DNA of 64,000 nucleotides. Origin: Azolla caroliniana. Lineage: Eukaryota > Plantae > Polypodiophyta. Position numbers and translations under genes: made by a program. Shown in pieces: positions 27,718 to 40,422 of this stretch. The stretch is from contig JBHGNT010000016.1 of the NCBI GenBank assembly GCA_043228905.1, positions 2,108,001 through 2,172,000 of the forward strand, given 5' to 3'. The notes below the pieces were generated by a model, which worked only from the letters and a program-made list of their open reading frames with translations, was not told the DNA's origin and searched no databases. Position 1 is the stretch's first letter. Each line of letters opens with the position of its first letter.

Positions 27718-28293
27718 ATGCCGATCCTATCTCAACCTGCTTTTCTTCCCGCAATGCAGATTTCTATCCTCTTTTCATTGTTGTCCCTGATTCAGCTCCA
27801 TGGGAGCTTCGCCACAGCTGAAAGCTCTGTTTATCATCGTATGATGGCTGAGGAACAACTCATTGACCCTTTCCATCGCAGACTGATCGGTCTGGAAGAA
27901 ACTTTTTCTCCCCGTCGCGGCCTTTCTGTTCAGAACTCTTCGTGGCAAACCCTCTCAGGTACATACATATATATGGTGGACAAATTTATTCATCGATTTA
28001 TACATTTATTTCCGAATGCCTCTTTTGTAATGTATTCTGTAAAAATCCAGCCAATATTTTATAAACTTTCCGCACCCAAAATGCCACATTTTTTCTGTTT
28101 AATTCAATTAAATCCGAGGATATATCCGTGGCTTTTTGAAAGAAATGGGATATTTAAGCAACATGTTGCTGAATAATCAAGGTTCAATGTTTAGGCTGAA
28201 TAAATTTAAGTTGAAATCTGGGATCGATTAAAGAGGGGGGCTTAAAAGTATGTAATGCGCCATTGATAAAACAAAGATTTGGGCATTTAATGT

Positions 28294-28326
<33 letters not shown>

Positions 28327-31300
28327 CGCTGCCAATTTATCAACATTAAGTAAAGATTATGCTACTAATTAAGCGTGCTTTATTTCGTATGTCATTTCCC
28401 ACTCAGGATTGATTACGTTTGTATATGTATGTGTGTATATATCATAAACTTTTGAAAGATCTCATGTTCACTGTCAAAAATCATGATCTCTCCTGAATTC
28501 CCTTAAAAACTTCATACCTCGTAAAGAAAAAGCAAAGTTTTGATAAAAAAAATCTTCGACACATTCCTTTCATCATCAAAATATCAGATTCTTCTTTGAA
28601 ATGCAATTATAGGCTTTGTAAGTTGATCTATTAAGCCATAACCCTAGGCATTCGTATAATATATACACAGCACTAGCAGGTGTCATGAAAAAAATAGAAG
28701 ATTGTGTAGTGTAAAGAGGTGGAGAGGGACAGAACACATTGCAAATGCATCTAATGATTCTGTCTCAATTTCTTCAGGTTCAGCTCCCCTTATTGTATCT
28801 CGTGGAGACAATGGGATTTTTCCTGATCAGACTGAGCTTGCTTATAAGTTTGCTAAGCTATACAGTTTGCCCAGCTCAAGTGTTTTCTTATGCGATGTAC
28901 AGTTGACCAAGGATGGTGCACCGATCTGCCGCACTGGATTGGATCTAGGCCTAAGCACAAACATCAACATTACACTCCCAGGCTTACACTCTGAGTATAC
29001 TGTCAATGGACAACTCGTTTCTGGTTTCTTTTCCATCGATATCACATTGGATCAAGTTATGTATAACATAACAGGTGCTCCACATAATCTCATTTTATGT
29101 ACCTCAGATCTACTTATCTCTCTTCTCAGCTTTCTTTTAACGTTTAATACCATACTTCATTTTATTTCTTTTTGTATATCTCTTTCAATGGCAGCTGTGC
29201 AATCGAATTTGGCACGACCTCCTACTCTTTTCCCTGCTTATATTCTGACTCCGGATATCGTATATGAGATCACTAAAGGTCCATTATGGATCAATGTTGA
29301 GGTGATGATTCCATTTCATTCCTTATTACATAGAATACTCTGTTATGAATCTTATATGTATCCTATGAAGGAGCTCACATGGTGATGTCCTTTGTCTAGT
29401 ATCCGACATTTTATTCACAACAAAAAATAAATATCAACCCTGTTATTGTGACTCTGCGGACCATTGCACCTATGGCTTACGTATCTTCACCGGAGATTGT
29501 ATTTTTGAAAGCTGTGAAACCTTTGCTTCCGAAGACAACACATTTCGTACTCAAGTTCCGTGGCAAAGATGAAATTGAACCAAGCACAAACCAGACTTAT
29601 GGGTCTTTACTGCAAAATCTTACGTCTATTTCAACATATGCATCAGGAATCTTAGTTCCCAAAGATTACATCTGGGCAGTAGACAATGATACAGGATATT
29701 TGCTTTCAGAATCTACACTCATTTCTGATGCTCATACTGCAAAGTTGGCTATATATGCATATGATTTCGTCAACGAACTTTACAACCCCTCGATTTTCAA
29801 TTATAGCTTCAACCCTATCCTTGAATACCTCCAGTATGCACCTTCCCAAGGTTCCAATGTGGATGGTTTTTTCACGGATTTCCCGACAACAGCGTCCAAG
29901 GCTGTAGGTAAATTAATGCATTCCTCATCAATTTTGGATGATGTGCTCAAAGGAAAAAAGATACTAATGTCACATGAATTGGGTGAATGCAGCATGTTAT
30001 AGGGATGCTGCAGCTGTGAATCAAACAGGTAAGAGAGAAATATGCTAAATCTAGTTAAACATCATTTTTGTTTTTGCATTAATGTTGAATTTTATCTTGT
30101 GGTAATGCTAATCCTTTTATACATCTTTTTGGTTTTGCTTTAATGTAATGTGTTGTTGCTAATGCTAAAATCTTGTCTTCATGCTTCATGTTTTTGCTTA
30201 ATCTAATGGTAACGTTAATCTTGTTTGCTGCTTCCGTTTTTCTACATAGGGAAGCAGCCGCTAATCATATCTCGGAGTGGAGCTAGTGGTGATTATCCAG
30301 GTTGTACATCGATCGCATATGAAAATGCTGTGAAGGGAGGGGCTAACTACATCGATTGCCCTATACAAATCACTAAAGATGGAGTAGCCATATGTAGGGA
30401 ATCTCCTGATTTGCTGACTAATACAGATGTTTCTCTCCATCCCGACTTCTTCCCTGGTAGAGTGTCTAGCATTCCTGTGTTGCAGCCACCAAAGGGTATT
30501 TACACATTCAACTTGACATTGGAAGAGATCAAAACTTTGAAAGGTATGTGCATGGAATCATTTCCCGAATAAAAACTATGATGATAATCATGACATTCTC
30601 GTCTTCTTCTTGTTCATGGCAGCGACGATAAATGCTTCTGAGTATGGAGTGTCTGGTGTGAAGGTCAATGGGGGGTATGATGGCCAATATGACGTCCTAA
30701 CTTTATCAGAATTTTTGGCCTATGCCAAAAACCAAAATGTCAACATCTTTGTTGACATACAGGTAATTCTCTCACTTGCCTAACTGTGTTTGTTTATTGC
30801 GTTCATATGTGCTTTAGCACATGTTTATGTCTTTATAAGCACACGATTGTTTGCACAGAACGGATATTTCCTAAACAAACAACTAGGGTTCGATGTTGTG
30901 GGAGCCGTGATTTCGAGTCTCAACAATGCTAGCCTCAATAATTCGGATAGAGTTTTGATCCAATCCGAGGATAGTGCGGTCCTTAAGAGTCTGAATCAAT
31001 CTGCTAACTATACCTTGGCATACAGAGTTGCAGATATTAATGTCACCGTCACTCCAGATGTGGTCAAACAAATCAAGGCTCTTGCAACCTATGCAACCTT
31101 GCCAAGGGGATTGATTCAACCGACATTCGATGCCTATCTGTTGAACAAGACAAATGTGGTGGATCTCTTTCATGCCGGAAACATGAGTGTTTTTGTGTCG
31201 TTCCTCAGAAATGTGTTTGTGACCATACCAAATGATTATGAGTCCGATCCTACCTCAGAGATAGCCACCATGGTGGAAGTCTTCCAGGTTGATGGTCTGA

Positions 31301-31857
31301 TTACAAAATTCCCAGCAACTGCAAAGGCTTACTTGAGTATGTTCTCTCTTTCTCTTTCCCTCTCTCTCTACATGCTTTGTTATGCATTAGTGAGCTAAGC
31401 TGCCTTTGTTTTTGTTCATTCTTTCATTAATATATGTTGTAGTTGGGGTTCTGGGTTGTGTATGTGTGTGTGTTATGATGTGACTAGTACCAATGCATTC
31501 ATTGTGACTGTTGTTTTTGCTGTTGTTTCAGGCAATGGTTGCTTGAACACGAATGCATCGGATTACAATCCTGTTTTGGTAAATCCTGGCGACTTCTTGA
31601 CATATATACTGCCAGGCTACTATACACCATCAGCACCAGGACCCATTCTTGATGTCACACACAATGAGTCGGATCTATCCCCTCCCAATCTCTCTAACAC
31701 TACCACCACAACTAACAATGCTCCCCCTGCAGCGTCGCCCACCAGTTCACCTGCGTCTTCTTCAACCGACTCTTGGTACCATGTTCCTTACTATACTATC
31801 CTCCTTACCATCATTATGATCACCATCGCTATCACATACCCATCTGCCACGATTTGA
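27718..31857 (+). CDS. GDPDL: GDPD-like (SHV3/GDPDL family) glycerophosphodiester phosphodiesterase-like protein with two GDPD domains, a signal peptide and a probable GPI anchor, about 808 aa
   Basis: Exons 27718-27958, 28778-29074, 29195-29301, 29400-29907, 29993-30028, 30250-30543, 30623-30762, 30859-31336 and 31532-31857 splice in frame. Motifs: WQTLSGSAPLIVSRG, CDVQLTKDG, EPSTNQTYGSLL.NL, VDGFFTDFP.TAS, ISRSGASGDYPGCT, IDCPIQITKDG, VLIQSEDSAVL, VDGLITKFP. Hydrophobic N- and C-termini with a Ser/Pro-rich linker. The start may instead be 27754. Confidence 0.93.
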
Positions 31858-33889
31858 TGTGTGGTCTTTGCTATGATGATGAGTGCCCCCTATGCAGTAA
31901 TTCAAATGTTATGGCCTTGTATCATATGATAAACCCTAGTTCAAATGTTGTGGCCATGTCTGTAATCATATAATAAGTCCTGATACCCTAGTGCACCCTA
32001 AACCCCCAATATGTCTGAGACCCCCCCCCCCCCCCCCCCAAACTCTCTTAAAACACAGGATCTTGCTTCTACTTGTATAATGTGGTGGAGGCATTACACG
32101 TAGTGATCCTCATGTTTTATCTCACACTCCTTGATCTCCTTCCTTGCCTTCACCTTTCTTATATATCCTACATTTTTCATATCCTGGATCTCCTACATGC
32201 AAAGCTTCGAAAGAATGTCGGCGTTACCGCTCATTGAGAGATGCTATATAACCTCAAATCTTCGACATGGCAACATTTTAGTTGGTTGATGCACCCTTCC
32301 TGTGATTGCAAACAAGTGAAAGCCAATAATACAGACACTCTTAATGTCAATGAATGGAGATGGGATGCCATGTAGTTTCAACTTGCATGTCATTGTAGGG
32401 ATGATTTGATCTTGCATTTATTTATTTGTTTATTCTTTATATGATGCTATTGGGGGAATTAATACCTGGATGCCCCAAATGAAGTAGGGATTGTTTGCAT
32501 GGTCTTTCATTAAGCATTAATTAAATTGGATTGTTTGCATCTCAATTATGCAATGAGAAAGTGGTAACATGACCTTCGAATTAAAACAGAAATGGTTTTC
32601 AGCTGTGATTGTTTTTTCTCTTCTTTAAAACCAAGCGTAAATCAACAAAGAAAATGGCATGACAAGAGAAGGTAATGCTTGGTATCAAAATTTTGACTTT
32701 GGCATTGGTAGGTGATGTTTTCAATTCTTAATTCAATTTGATACAACTTGTCACTCTGGCAAATCAAAATCCCACTTGCAATTGTTTGGAAATTGCACTC
32801 ACACATCATATAAGAGACCTCGAATATATGTTTCGCCAAATTATGTTAATTTGTAATAATAAATTTTGTAACATTAAAATTACAAAAGCCTAGTTTTGAG
32901 ATTGTAAAAGGGATACACACACATGAAATTCTTAATTGCTACATATAGGTCAACCATAAAGGGACATGCACACAAGAGAATCAACGATAAATGTATCGTT
33001 AGTAATAACTTCTAAGTTGTTCAAGCCTTCTAGACATAGGAGTCTAAAAACACTCTTGAGTCTTGGGAAACCTTGACAATATAGCAAATTGTCTTTAGTT
33101 CCCTATATTGTCTTCATATCCAACCATGACATGTATGAATTCGTGATGTGGCTAGTCAACATTAAAATGATTGTAATCAAACCTTGTTGTCCTTCAAGCA
33201 CTTTCCTCACGAACGTTGTTGGTAATGTTTAGATTAGGAGTTGGAGCATCAAGTTGTTTTTGGATTATTTGTTAAAAGACAAGGATGTGATAGTTTCCAA
33301 ATGACATGAATGAAAATTTGAAAGAACTTCTGAATTTGATCATGCAAACATACACTTTTACAATTCAAAAAAAGGGTTGAGGCTTGTATATACGTTTAAG
33401 GTTGAGTTTTGTGTTAGAAAATGGAAAAAACGTAAAAAACGAGCTTTTTCATATTTAGCATGGGTAACTAAAACTAGAGGTATTTTGTGATCCAAAAACT
33501 TGGCCCATATTTAGCCATCTGAATATATTTTTCTCCTCGAAGCCATTTTTCCTATGCATAGAAATATAAGCGTATGTTTGTGTATATTTAAAAACATTGG
33601 TAATTCTATGGACTAGCAAACATATGTGTTTATTGCAACCATATGTTTACGTTTTTTACATAATAGAAGAAGTCTTCATATTAAAAAAAAGACCTTTGTA
33701 GTAGAGGGAATATGCATTCATGTGAAGAAAGGCTAAAAATGAAATCACTATGTTTCATAACCCAATTCGAGAAGTTGTATGTAAGGATTTCTACCTAGTT
33801 GGTAATTTTGCAACTTCCAAGAAAATGTCTTCTTATGAAGTAAAATGTTATTTAAATATCTTGTAGCTTAATAATTCAGTCCCTTTACT

Positions 33890-33921
<32 letters not shown>

Positions 33922-34228
33922 ATAGCTTTGTAAAGATTATGTCATTGCTGTTTATGTGGATCATAAGAGGGGCACATCTTCTATGTTGTACGCTCAACAT
34001 GGCGATTATAATAGGGTTGCATGTAGTATATTGAACATTCAATTGTCTTAAATAGGGAACAAGACATTAATTACATGTGAATGTGGTCCCATTCTACGTC
34101 ATTGAAGACACTTTAGCATCATCCCTATCAACTAGATTGCTATGTGTAATGTGTAGATTCATTACCTTACCTGAGTCTAATTCTTTATAATTGAAACATT
34201 GAAGCTTTTTCATATTTAATATTCTTCA

Positions 34229-34285
34229 TTGGTGTGGTGTTAAAGCTAGTCTTTGATCGATTAAGGTTGTGGGTTTGAGTCTCTA
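34229..34285 (+). mobile_element. Degenerate tRNA-derived SINE head
   Basis: A-box-like TGGTGTGGTGTTAA and B-box-like GGGTTTGAGTCTC at tRNA-like spacing. Confidence 0.3.
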
Positions 34286-34893
34286 GAATAGGGTGGCCAT
34301 TTCCGCAAATGTTCATAACTTCAACACAAGGTCATGTAATAGCTATATGATCATGACCACAGATTGCTTGCTCCTGAAATCCAAAAGATATGTCATTGTA
34401 ACAAGTCTTCATAGTTTTAGCATGGATCATGTAAGTTTTAACTATCATGTACTGAGCTGAATAGTTTGCTCTTAAAAAGTTGACATTAAATATTTTACTT
34501 TAGAGAAGTGAAATCTCAGGAAAAAAATACCATTGCCTCGAAGACAACGCTGAAAAAAGCATAAAAAATACATCAAGCTTATTGGGCAATTTATTAGAAT
34601 ACAGTGCAACTTTTCAAAAGTCATGAGATTAGTTGTGTTTGTTAGCCTACCTTTATAAAAAATAGTATTGTGAGGTATTTACAGTAAAAATTATGATAAT
34701 ATGATAACAGATATGTAACTACGAGAGGGAGGGGGATGGAAAACAATAAGATTGCCTCTCCGTGCCATGTTAATAGAGACGTAGGTTCCTTCCCCCAAGC
34801 TCTTCTTTCAACTTGTTGGGGTACTATTACCACATTACGCCAAAACTTTTGAAAAATTACAATTTACCATACATAGACACACACACACACACA

Positions 34894-35250
34894 CATTAAC
34901 TTCGTTTATTCACTAATATGGACTCGGTGCTCTCATACATACATACATGCACACATACACACATACATTAACTTTGTCCATTCACTAATATGGACTCGGT
35001 GCTCTCATACATACATACATACATACATACACACATACACACATACATACATATGTACATTAACTTTGTTCATTCACTAATATGGACTCGGTGCTCACAT
35101 ACATACAGACATACATACATACATACATACATACATACATACATACATTAACTTCGTTCATTCACTAATATGGACTCCGTGCTCTCAAAGAACTTAACTT
35201 CATTCATTCATTCATTCACTAATATGGACTTCGGTGCTCTCAAAGAACTC
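34894..35250 (+). repeat. Five copies of a ~42-bp unit containing the CML start codon, the first four separated by (TACA)n/(CA)n microsatellites
   Basis: Unit TTAACTT.GTTCATTCACTAATATGGACT(T)CGGTGCTCTCA with ATGs at 34918, 34990, 35082, 35170 and 35224. Confidence 0.9.
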
Positions 35251-36087
35251 GAGATTCTATGGCAGTTTAGCAGCATCTTTAAACCCTCAGATACTTCTAA
35301 GTCTATTTCTAGCTACTCTGATTTTCTTTATTCCAGTTTCTTTTATTCAAGCAAATCTGATGAACATTCTGATTCCACTCATGAAGATCCTAATTTAGTG
35401 GGCAATTCAAAGGAAGTAGAGCTTGTAATGTGCAACACAAGGAGTAGTGCCAATACTACCAAGAACAATGATGATCATGACGTTAAAAATGTTATAATTA
35501 ATGATGAAGCCGTAATCAGAAGGGTATTCGATACGTTGGATGAGGACAACGATGGTCGAATTACTAGGAAAGACCTCTCTAAAATCCTCCTAAACCTCGG
35601 CATTATGTCCGTTCCACATGAGTATAGTACCCAATCCACATCTACACCGAGAACCCGGGAGCCGCACGATGACAGCACACTCTTCTCCGCAGATTCCGAT
35701 GTATCGTGGCCCCAATTCCTCACTCTCTACAAGCTTGCCATCACGGCAGGATCTGATGCACCCATGTCATTGCCACCATCAATGTCACATGTAATTCCCG
35801 ATGAAGTGTCGGCATCCACCTCTTGCATCGAGGGTATGCGGATAATTGAAGAGGAAGATGATGAAATGGGTGAACATGAAGATGATCACCTGATGGTGGC
35901 CGCGTTCCAAGTGTTCGACAAAGACGGGGATGGTCTTATATCGCCCACGGAGCTTCTCGATGTATTGCATCGGCTTGGCCACTTCTATGTGGATGTCCAC
36001 GACTGCGCAAACATGATTGCCCGTGTTGACCTCAATGGTGATGGTCATGTCAACTTGTCGGAGTTCAAGTCCCTCTTTGGATTATAA
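35170..36087 (+). CDS. CML: Calmodulin-like (CML) EF-hand calcium-binding protein, intronless
   Basis: 305-aa ORF with EF loops DEDNDGRITRKDL, DKDGDGLISPTEL and DLNGDGHVNLSEF. EF2 is degenerate (ADSDVSWPQFL). The ancestral start is probably 35224 (MDFGALKE). Confidence 0.9.
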   Translation: MDSVLSKNLTSFIHSFTNMDFGALKELEILWQFSSIFKPSDTSKSISSYSDFLYSSFFYSSKSDEHSDSTHEDPNLVGNSKEVELVMCNTRSSANTTKNNDDHDVKNVIINDEAVIRRVFDTLDEDNDGRITRKDLSKILLNLGIMSVPHEYSTQSTSTPRTREPHDDSTLFSADSDVSWPQFLTLYKLAITAGSDAPMSLPPSMSHVIPDEVSASTSCIEGMRIIEEEDDEMGEHEDDHLMVAAFQVFDKDGDGLISPTELLDVLHRLGHFYVDVHDCANMIARVDLNGDGHVNLSEFKSLFGL

Positions 36088-38949
36088 ATCCACCCACTCT
36101 CACACTAGCCCATTATGCTTGGGTGTCTCTCATTCCATTAGAATTGGGTCCAAGTTTCACTAATTACCTTACTAGTTTCACTAGATCTGGATTCGAGAAC
36201 AACATATTTCACTAAATCCAGGTTCGGATCTAACCCATTTTCCATGATCTATGTCAAATCTCATCATATTTTTTAAGCTTCCTCTAGTGATTTCACACAC
36301 TCACTTAGGCCTATTTCACAATATGTTCCCCCTTGGGAATGAAGGGGGGTTGAAACCATTTGCAACAATCATTTCTTATGGAAACAATGAACATCTAGAT
36401 GATCAATTTCACCACAAAAGATTACTAGTACCATGATCCTGATTACCATGAAGTTTCTCTTGACAATTATAGAGTAGTTGCTATTGATGATGAGGACCTC
36501 ATGTTTGAGTTGAATCAAGCCAGTAATTATATAATGGAGTACATCTACATTACTTCGAGTGATACATGTGCATTAGAAGAATTCCATGTTGGGCAAATAT
36601 CCATGATTATTGCGAAGTGATGCTATGTTAAAATCGAAGCATGTGTTATGTAAAGCATATTCTTGCAAACAAGTGGAAACTTTCTTTCTTGTGAGGTCAC
36701 AATATTTACATAAGAATATCATTGTGAAACATTGCCTTCATATCCATTAATCCCGATTCCCGACATCTAAGCATCCCTTCTATGGCAAGATCACCATTAA
36801 AATGATGGTAATTAAACATCGTAATCCAAGTTTAAGTTCTTTAACACCCTCCCAAAATTTGAGATGGTACTATAGTCTTCAAAAAAATTGTATCTTGCAA
36901 GCCTTTTAGCTTACTGATTTGTTACTTCATTCAATGTGGTACAAGCGATAATGGGGGGTCTGTTGCTTTCTTACTTTGATCTAACCTCTATTTTCCTGGT
37001 CAGAGGAGATTTCTGGTAGCTGCCAAAGTTAAAAGTTGTTGCAGAAAACTCCCTCCAACTTACCGCCCAGCCGCTCCTTTGTCTTACTGATATGTTACTT
37101 GATTTCGAAGTGGTACAACCATTATTGAATCTGTTGCTTTCTTTCGTTTTTGCCATTGCTACAACAAAAAAAAGAAATCTCTCAGTGGATCGATTGGCTC
37201 ATCCCAGCTTGAAGTATAGATTATCGATTGGATCGTCCTTACCATTATGCCAGGTTTCATGGAGTTATATTTACATCTGCAGGGGCTCAGGGTTGTAAAA
37301 CCCTATTGAAATTAGAAAATTATATGCTTGAACCAAGATTCATTCTCTTAAAAGGTATGCGCAGAAGAAATCAACATCGGGCAAAGAATAAAAAAAGGTT
37401 GGCATTTGCCATTCACCATAGGAAAGTCAAGATCGAAGCTTCACATTGGCATGCTATCAATCAATTTTCTCAGCCATTTAAATACTGAGAATCTGTTATA
37501 CATAGTTCAATGCTTAGTGCTGATCTCTTGATAATGAAGTTTGAGATTGGATGAGCCACTAGAGTGCAGATAACTTGGGCTTCAAAAAAGTTGTAAATTT
37601 GAATCCAATTCTGAGATGGCTTGGTTTAATAACTATGGAAGTTGCCATTTTAGTGCCACCTAGAGAGACTATGGCTTACAAGACTTTATGATTTAGGTTT
37701 TCCATATAAACCCATGGGGCGTGATCAAATTTGTTGGTGTTTTGTTTCATATATCTCATGGTCCTGATTAAATTGGCGATCATTACCATGTTTACACATT
37801 TTTGTGGCCCCTATTCTAGAATTAGTGGTAGATGAGACATGTAAAGATCTGTTAATTGATAGATAAAAAATATACAAGTCAAGCGGATTGAAGGTAGATA
37901 TTGTTTGATGTTGAAGGTAATATTTACATGGAGCATTATCTTATGTATAAGGTGGTGTTCTTGGGCTTCGGATGTAAGATGACAAACTCAACTTCCATTC
38001 AATGCGAAGGTGTTTCCTTGGTGGAAATAGTGGACGTGTTTTGCCTTTGATAGTTGCTTTGAAGCTCCGACACAATTTAGATGGGAAATGTTTTTGTTTA
38101 GTATAATGTTTGAGGCTGTTTACAAACACAAATGACGTAAATGCCTAGTTTCTAAGTCATTTGGGTTGCTAAATTTTAATTGGAAAACGTTTGTCACTCA
38201 TTTCTACTAGGTTTTAAATGTCCCAACTAACAAGATGACCAATACAAAGGTGCCTAAACTTAAGTGATTTGTAAGGGCCTAATTAGGAGTCATGTGGGAA
38301 TCATTAGAGGGCGATTGTTTACCTTTTGGGGTGCAAGTGATGATTGTATGCCACCCTAGGTGAAGAGGGACCTTGTATATTTATTATTGGCAAGCTAGTA
38401 GAGAGGGATAAGTTGTGTCAACGATTACTATATTGTGTTGTACAACTTGTTTCTCAACTTTAAGAAATACTAATTAAGTAAAAAGTAAATATAAGATTGC
38501 ATGCGTTTGGCATTGATCACAATATTATCGAGATGATCCACCAAGTTTGGTAGTGCTTGAGACCAAGTAATACCTATGTGCATTCTCCTTTCTCTTGTAG
38601 AAATTAGTTCCATTGGTTGCTTCCTCTTGTACGGTTCACGAACATCAACAACTTATTCAGTTATAGGTGCTTTCATCGAGCGCATGTCTTTGTCTCGATG
38701 GAGTTGTCCTCCTTGTCAGGGTAATTTATCGAGGAGTTTAGACCACATTATACCCTATTGATGGCGAGTTGGGTGGGGTGGTTGTCAAAACGCCAACCTC
38801 TTGAATCACTAACCTTCTGCGTTTAGATGTGGCAAACTCTACCTTTATCAAAAGGCTATCCTCACTAAGAAGTTCATTAATGCCTCGTTAAAGGAATTCT
38901 AGTGAGGTTTGACCAAAGTCAATTTGCCATATGTCCCATGTTGGTAGAG

Positions 38950-39290
38950 TGTGACAAAGACAAAGGACAAATGTGTGTCCTACTCTCATTGTAGGTTAAG
39001 AAGATTATACCAAAAAAACACTTTGCATAAAGACAATCAAGGAGCTCATGGATCAAAGGCATTAGATACCAATTCCTCATGGCCAATCAATTTACACCTT
39101 TATAGTTGGCACATAGTTGTAGAGGGTTTTCATCTTCGTGAACAAGTATGGGAACTTGGAGTGGCTAATGAAGACTTTTACAAGATTCTCATCGATTTAC
39201 ATGCGGATGGCCTCATGCTTTAGGTTTGAAGAGGTCATAGATTGGTTCAAATGGTGGAGGAGCACATTCTTTGAAGTCAATGAGGCAATA
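38950..39290 (-). mobile_element. Ty3/gypsy reverse-transcriptase fragment, decayed
   Basis: Minus-strand frames give PPPFEPIYDL and LQLCANYKGVN*LAMRNWYLMPLIHELLDCL, matching the gypsy PPFGPIY...LRLCVDYRGLN...RNRYPLPLIDELLD pattern. Confidence 0.6.
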
Positions 39291-39316
39291 ATAAACTCAA
39301 CGTTTTTGTAGACCAT

Positions 39317-40422
39317 TTGTGTTCTTCTTTGGGAACAAAACTTTTGTATTTTTATGGGAGAGTTGAGGACACAATAATTGTTATGGGATATAATGGAAGT
39401 ACACAAAACTTTCTTCGGGATATGCAAGATATGTTGCATATTGCACGAGATAATATAAAAATAGCTCAAGATAGAGCGCGTTTTTATGCCGATCATCATA
39501 GGCAACCTCGTGTATTCAACCTTGGACAGAAGGTATTTTTACGTGTACCTCACAATTCTAAGACATTGTCTAAGGGTAAGTGCGCTAAGTTAGCCCCACG
39601 GTTTTGTGGACCTTTTACAGTTCTCAAACGCATTGGGTCATCAGCCTATCATCTCGCTCTTCCCGATGGTGTTGAAATTCATCTAGTTTTTCATGTGAGT
39701 CATCTAAAAGAACTTCTAGGTTCTAGCGACAATACAATTACAACTGAAACTCTGGTTACTTCTGAAGAATTATCTTCTAAACCACATGTACCAGAAAGAA
39801 TTCTCGATGTTAAAACAAAAAAATTACATACTAAGGAAATCCAAGAATTTAAAATAAAATGGATAGATAAATCAATAAAAGATGCCACATGGGAACGCGA
39901 AAATTCTCTCAGAACTAACTTCCTAACTTTCCATTGCAAGAGTGCAATGTTTTAAAGAGGGGGAGTATGTTACAAGCATGACCATATAATATCCCGTGGT
40001 GAGAATTTACCATAGTATTCTATACACGTGGATAAGTGTGAGGGTTAAACGAGAGTGTAAAGAAGGGGAGGATTACTTTTAATCCTTGGAATTGAGACAA
40101 CCCATTAGGCCAAGTGTGAACTTGCCTGAGGGCCTTGGGTATCGCTATAAATAAGAGGCCTAGCTACCCTCATTTTATCATCTTTTGACTACGTCAAGAC
40201 TCTGTTCTTGTGGTGGGTCAACTCTTGTAGCGAGTGTGCCAGCACCAAGTACGACTCGACGCCACGGCTGTGGTATGGGACGCCGATCGAGGCTCGAGTT
40301 CGTCTCGATCCCTTCGCTCGGTGGTGGTCGGGTGGATTGTCACCCTTCTTTCTCTCTCTCCTCTCTATCTAGATTTATCGTTTATCCTTATCCTTTGCTT
40401 ACAGTAGTACATATCTCTAATA
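39317..40422 (+). mobile_element. 3' end of a Ty3/gypsy chromovirus: integrase C-terminus, chromodomain, PPT and 3' LTR
   Basis: AQDRARFYADHHR..F..GQKVFLR, KLAPRFCGPF.VL.RIG..AYHL.LP...IH.VFHVS.LK, chromodomain PERILD...KIKW.....DATWE. PPT AAAGAGGGGGAGTA at 39954-39967, LTR starting TGTTACA at 39968 with TATAAATA at ~40146. The LTR end is approximate. Confidence 0.9.

Noticed and set aside
32021-32039. C19 homopolymer downstream of GDPDL (G-quadruplex potential on the minus strand)
   Set aside because: An isolated simple repeat with no evidence of function.
34894-35250. CRISPR-like repeat-spacer appearance
   Set aside because: The spacers are simple TACA/CA microsatellites, the repeat is the CML start region, the context is eukaryotic and there are no cas genes.
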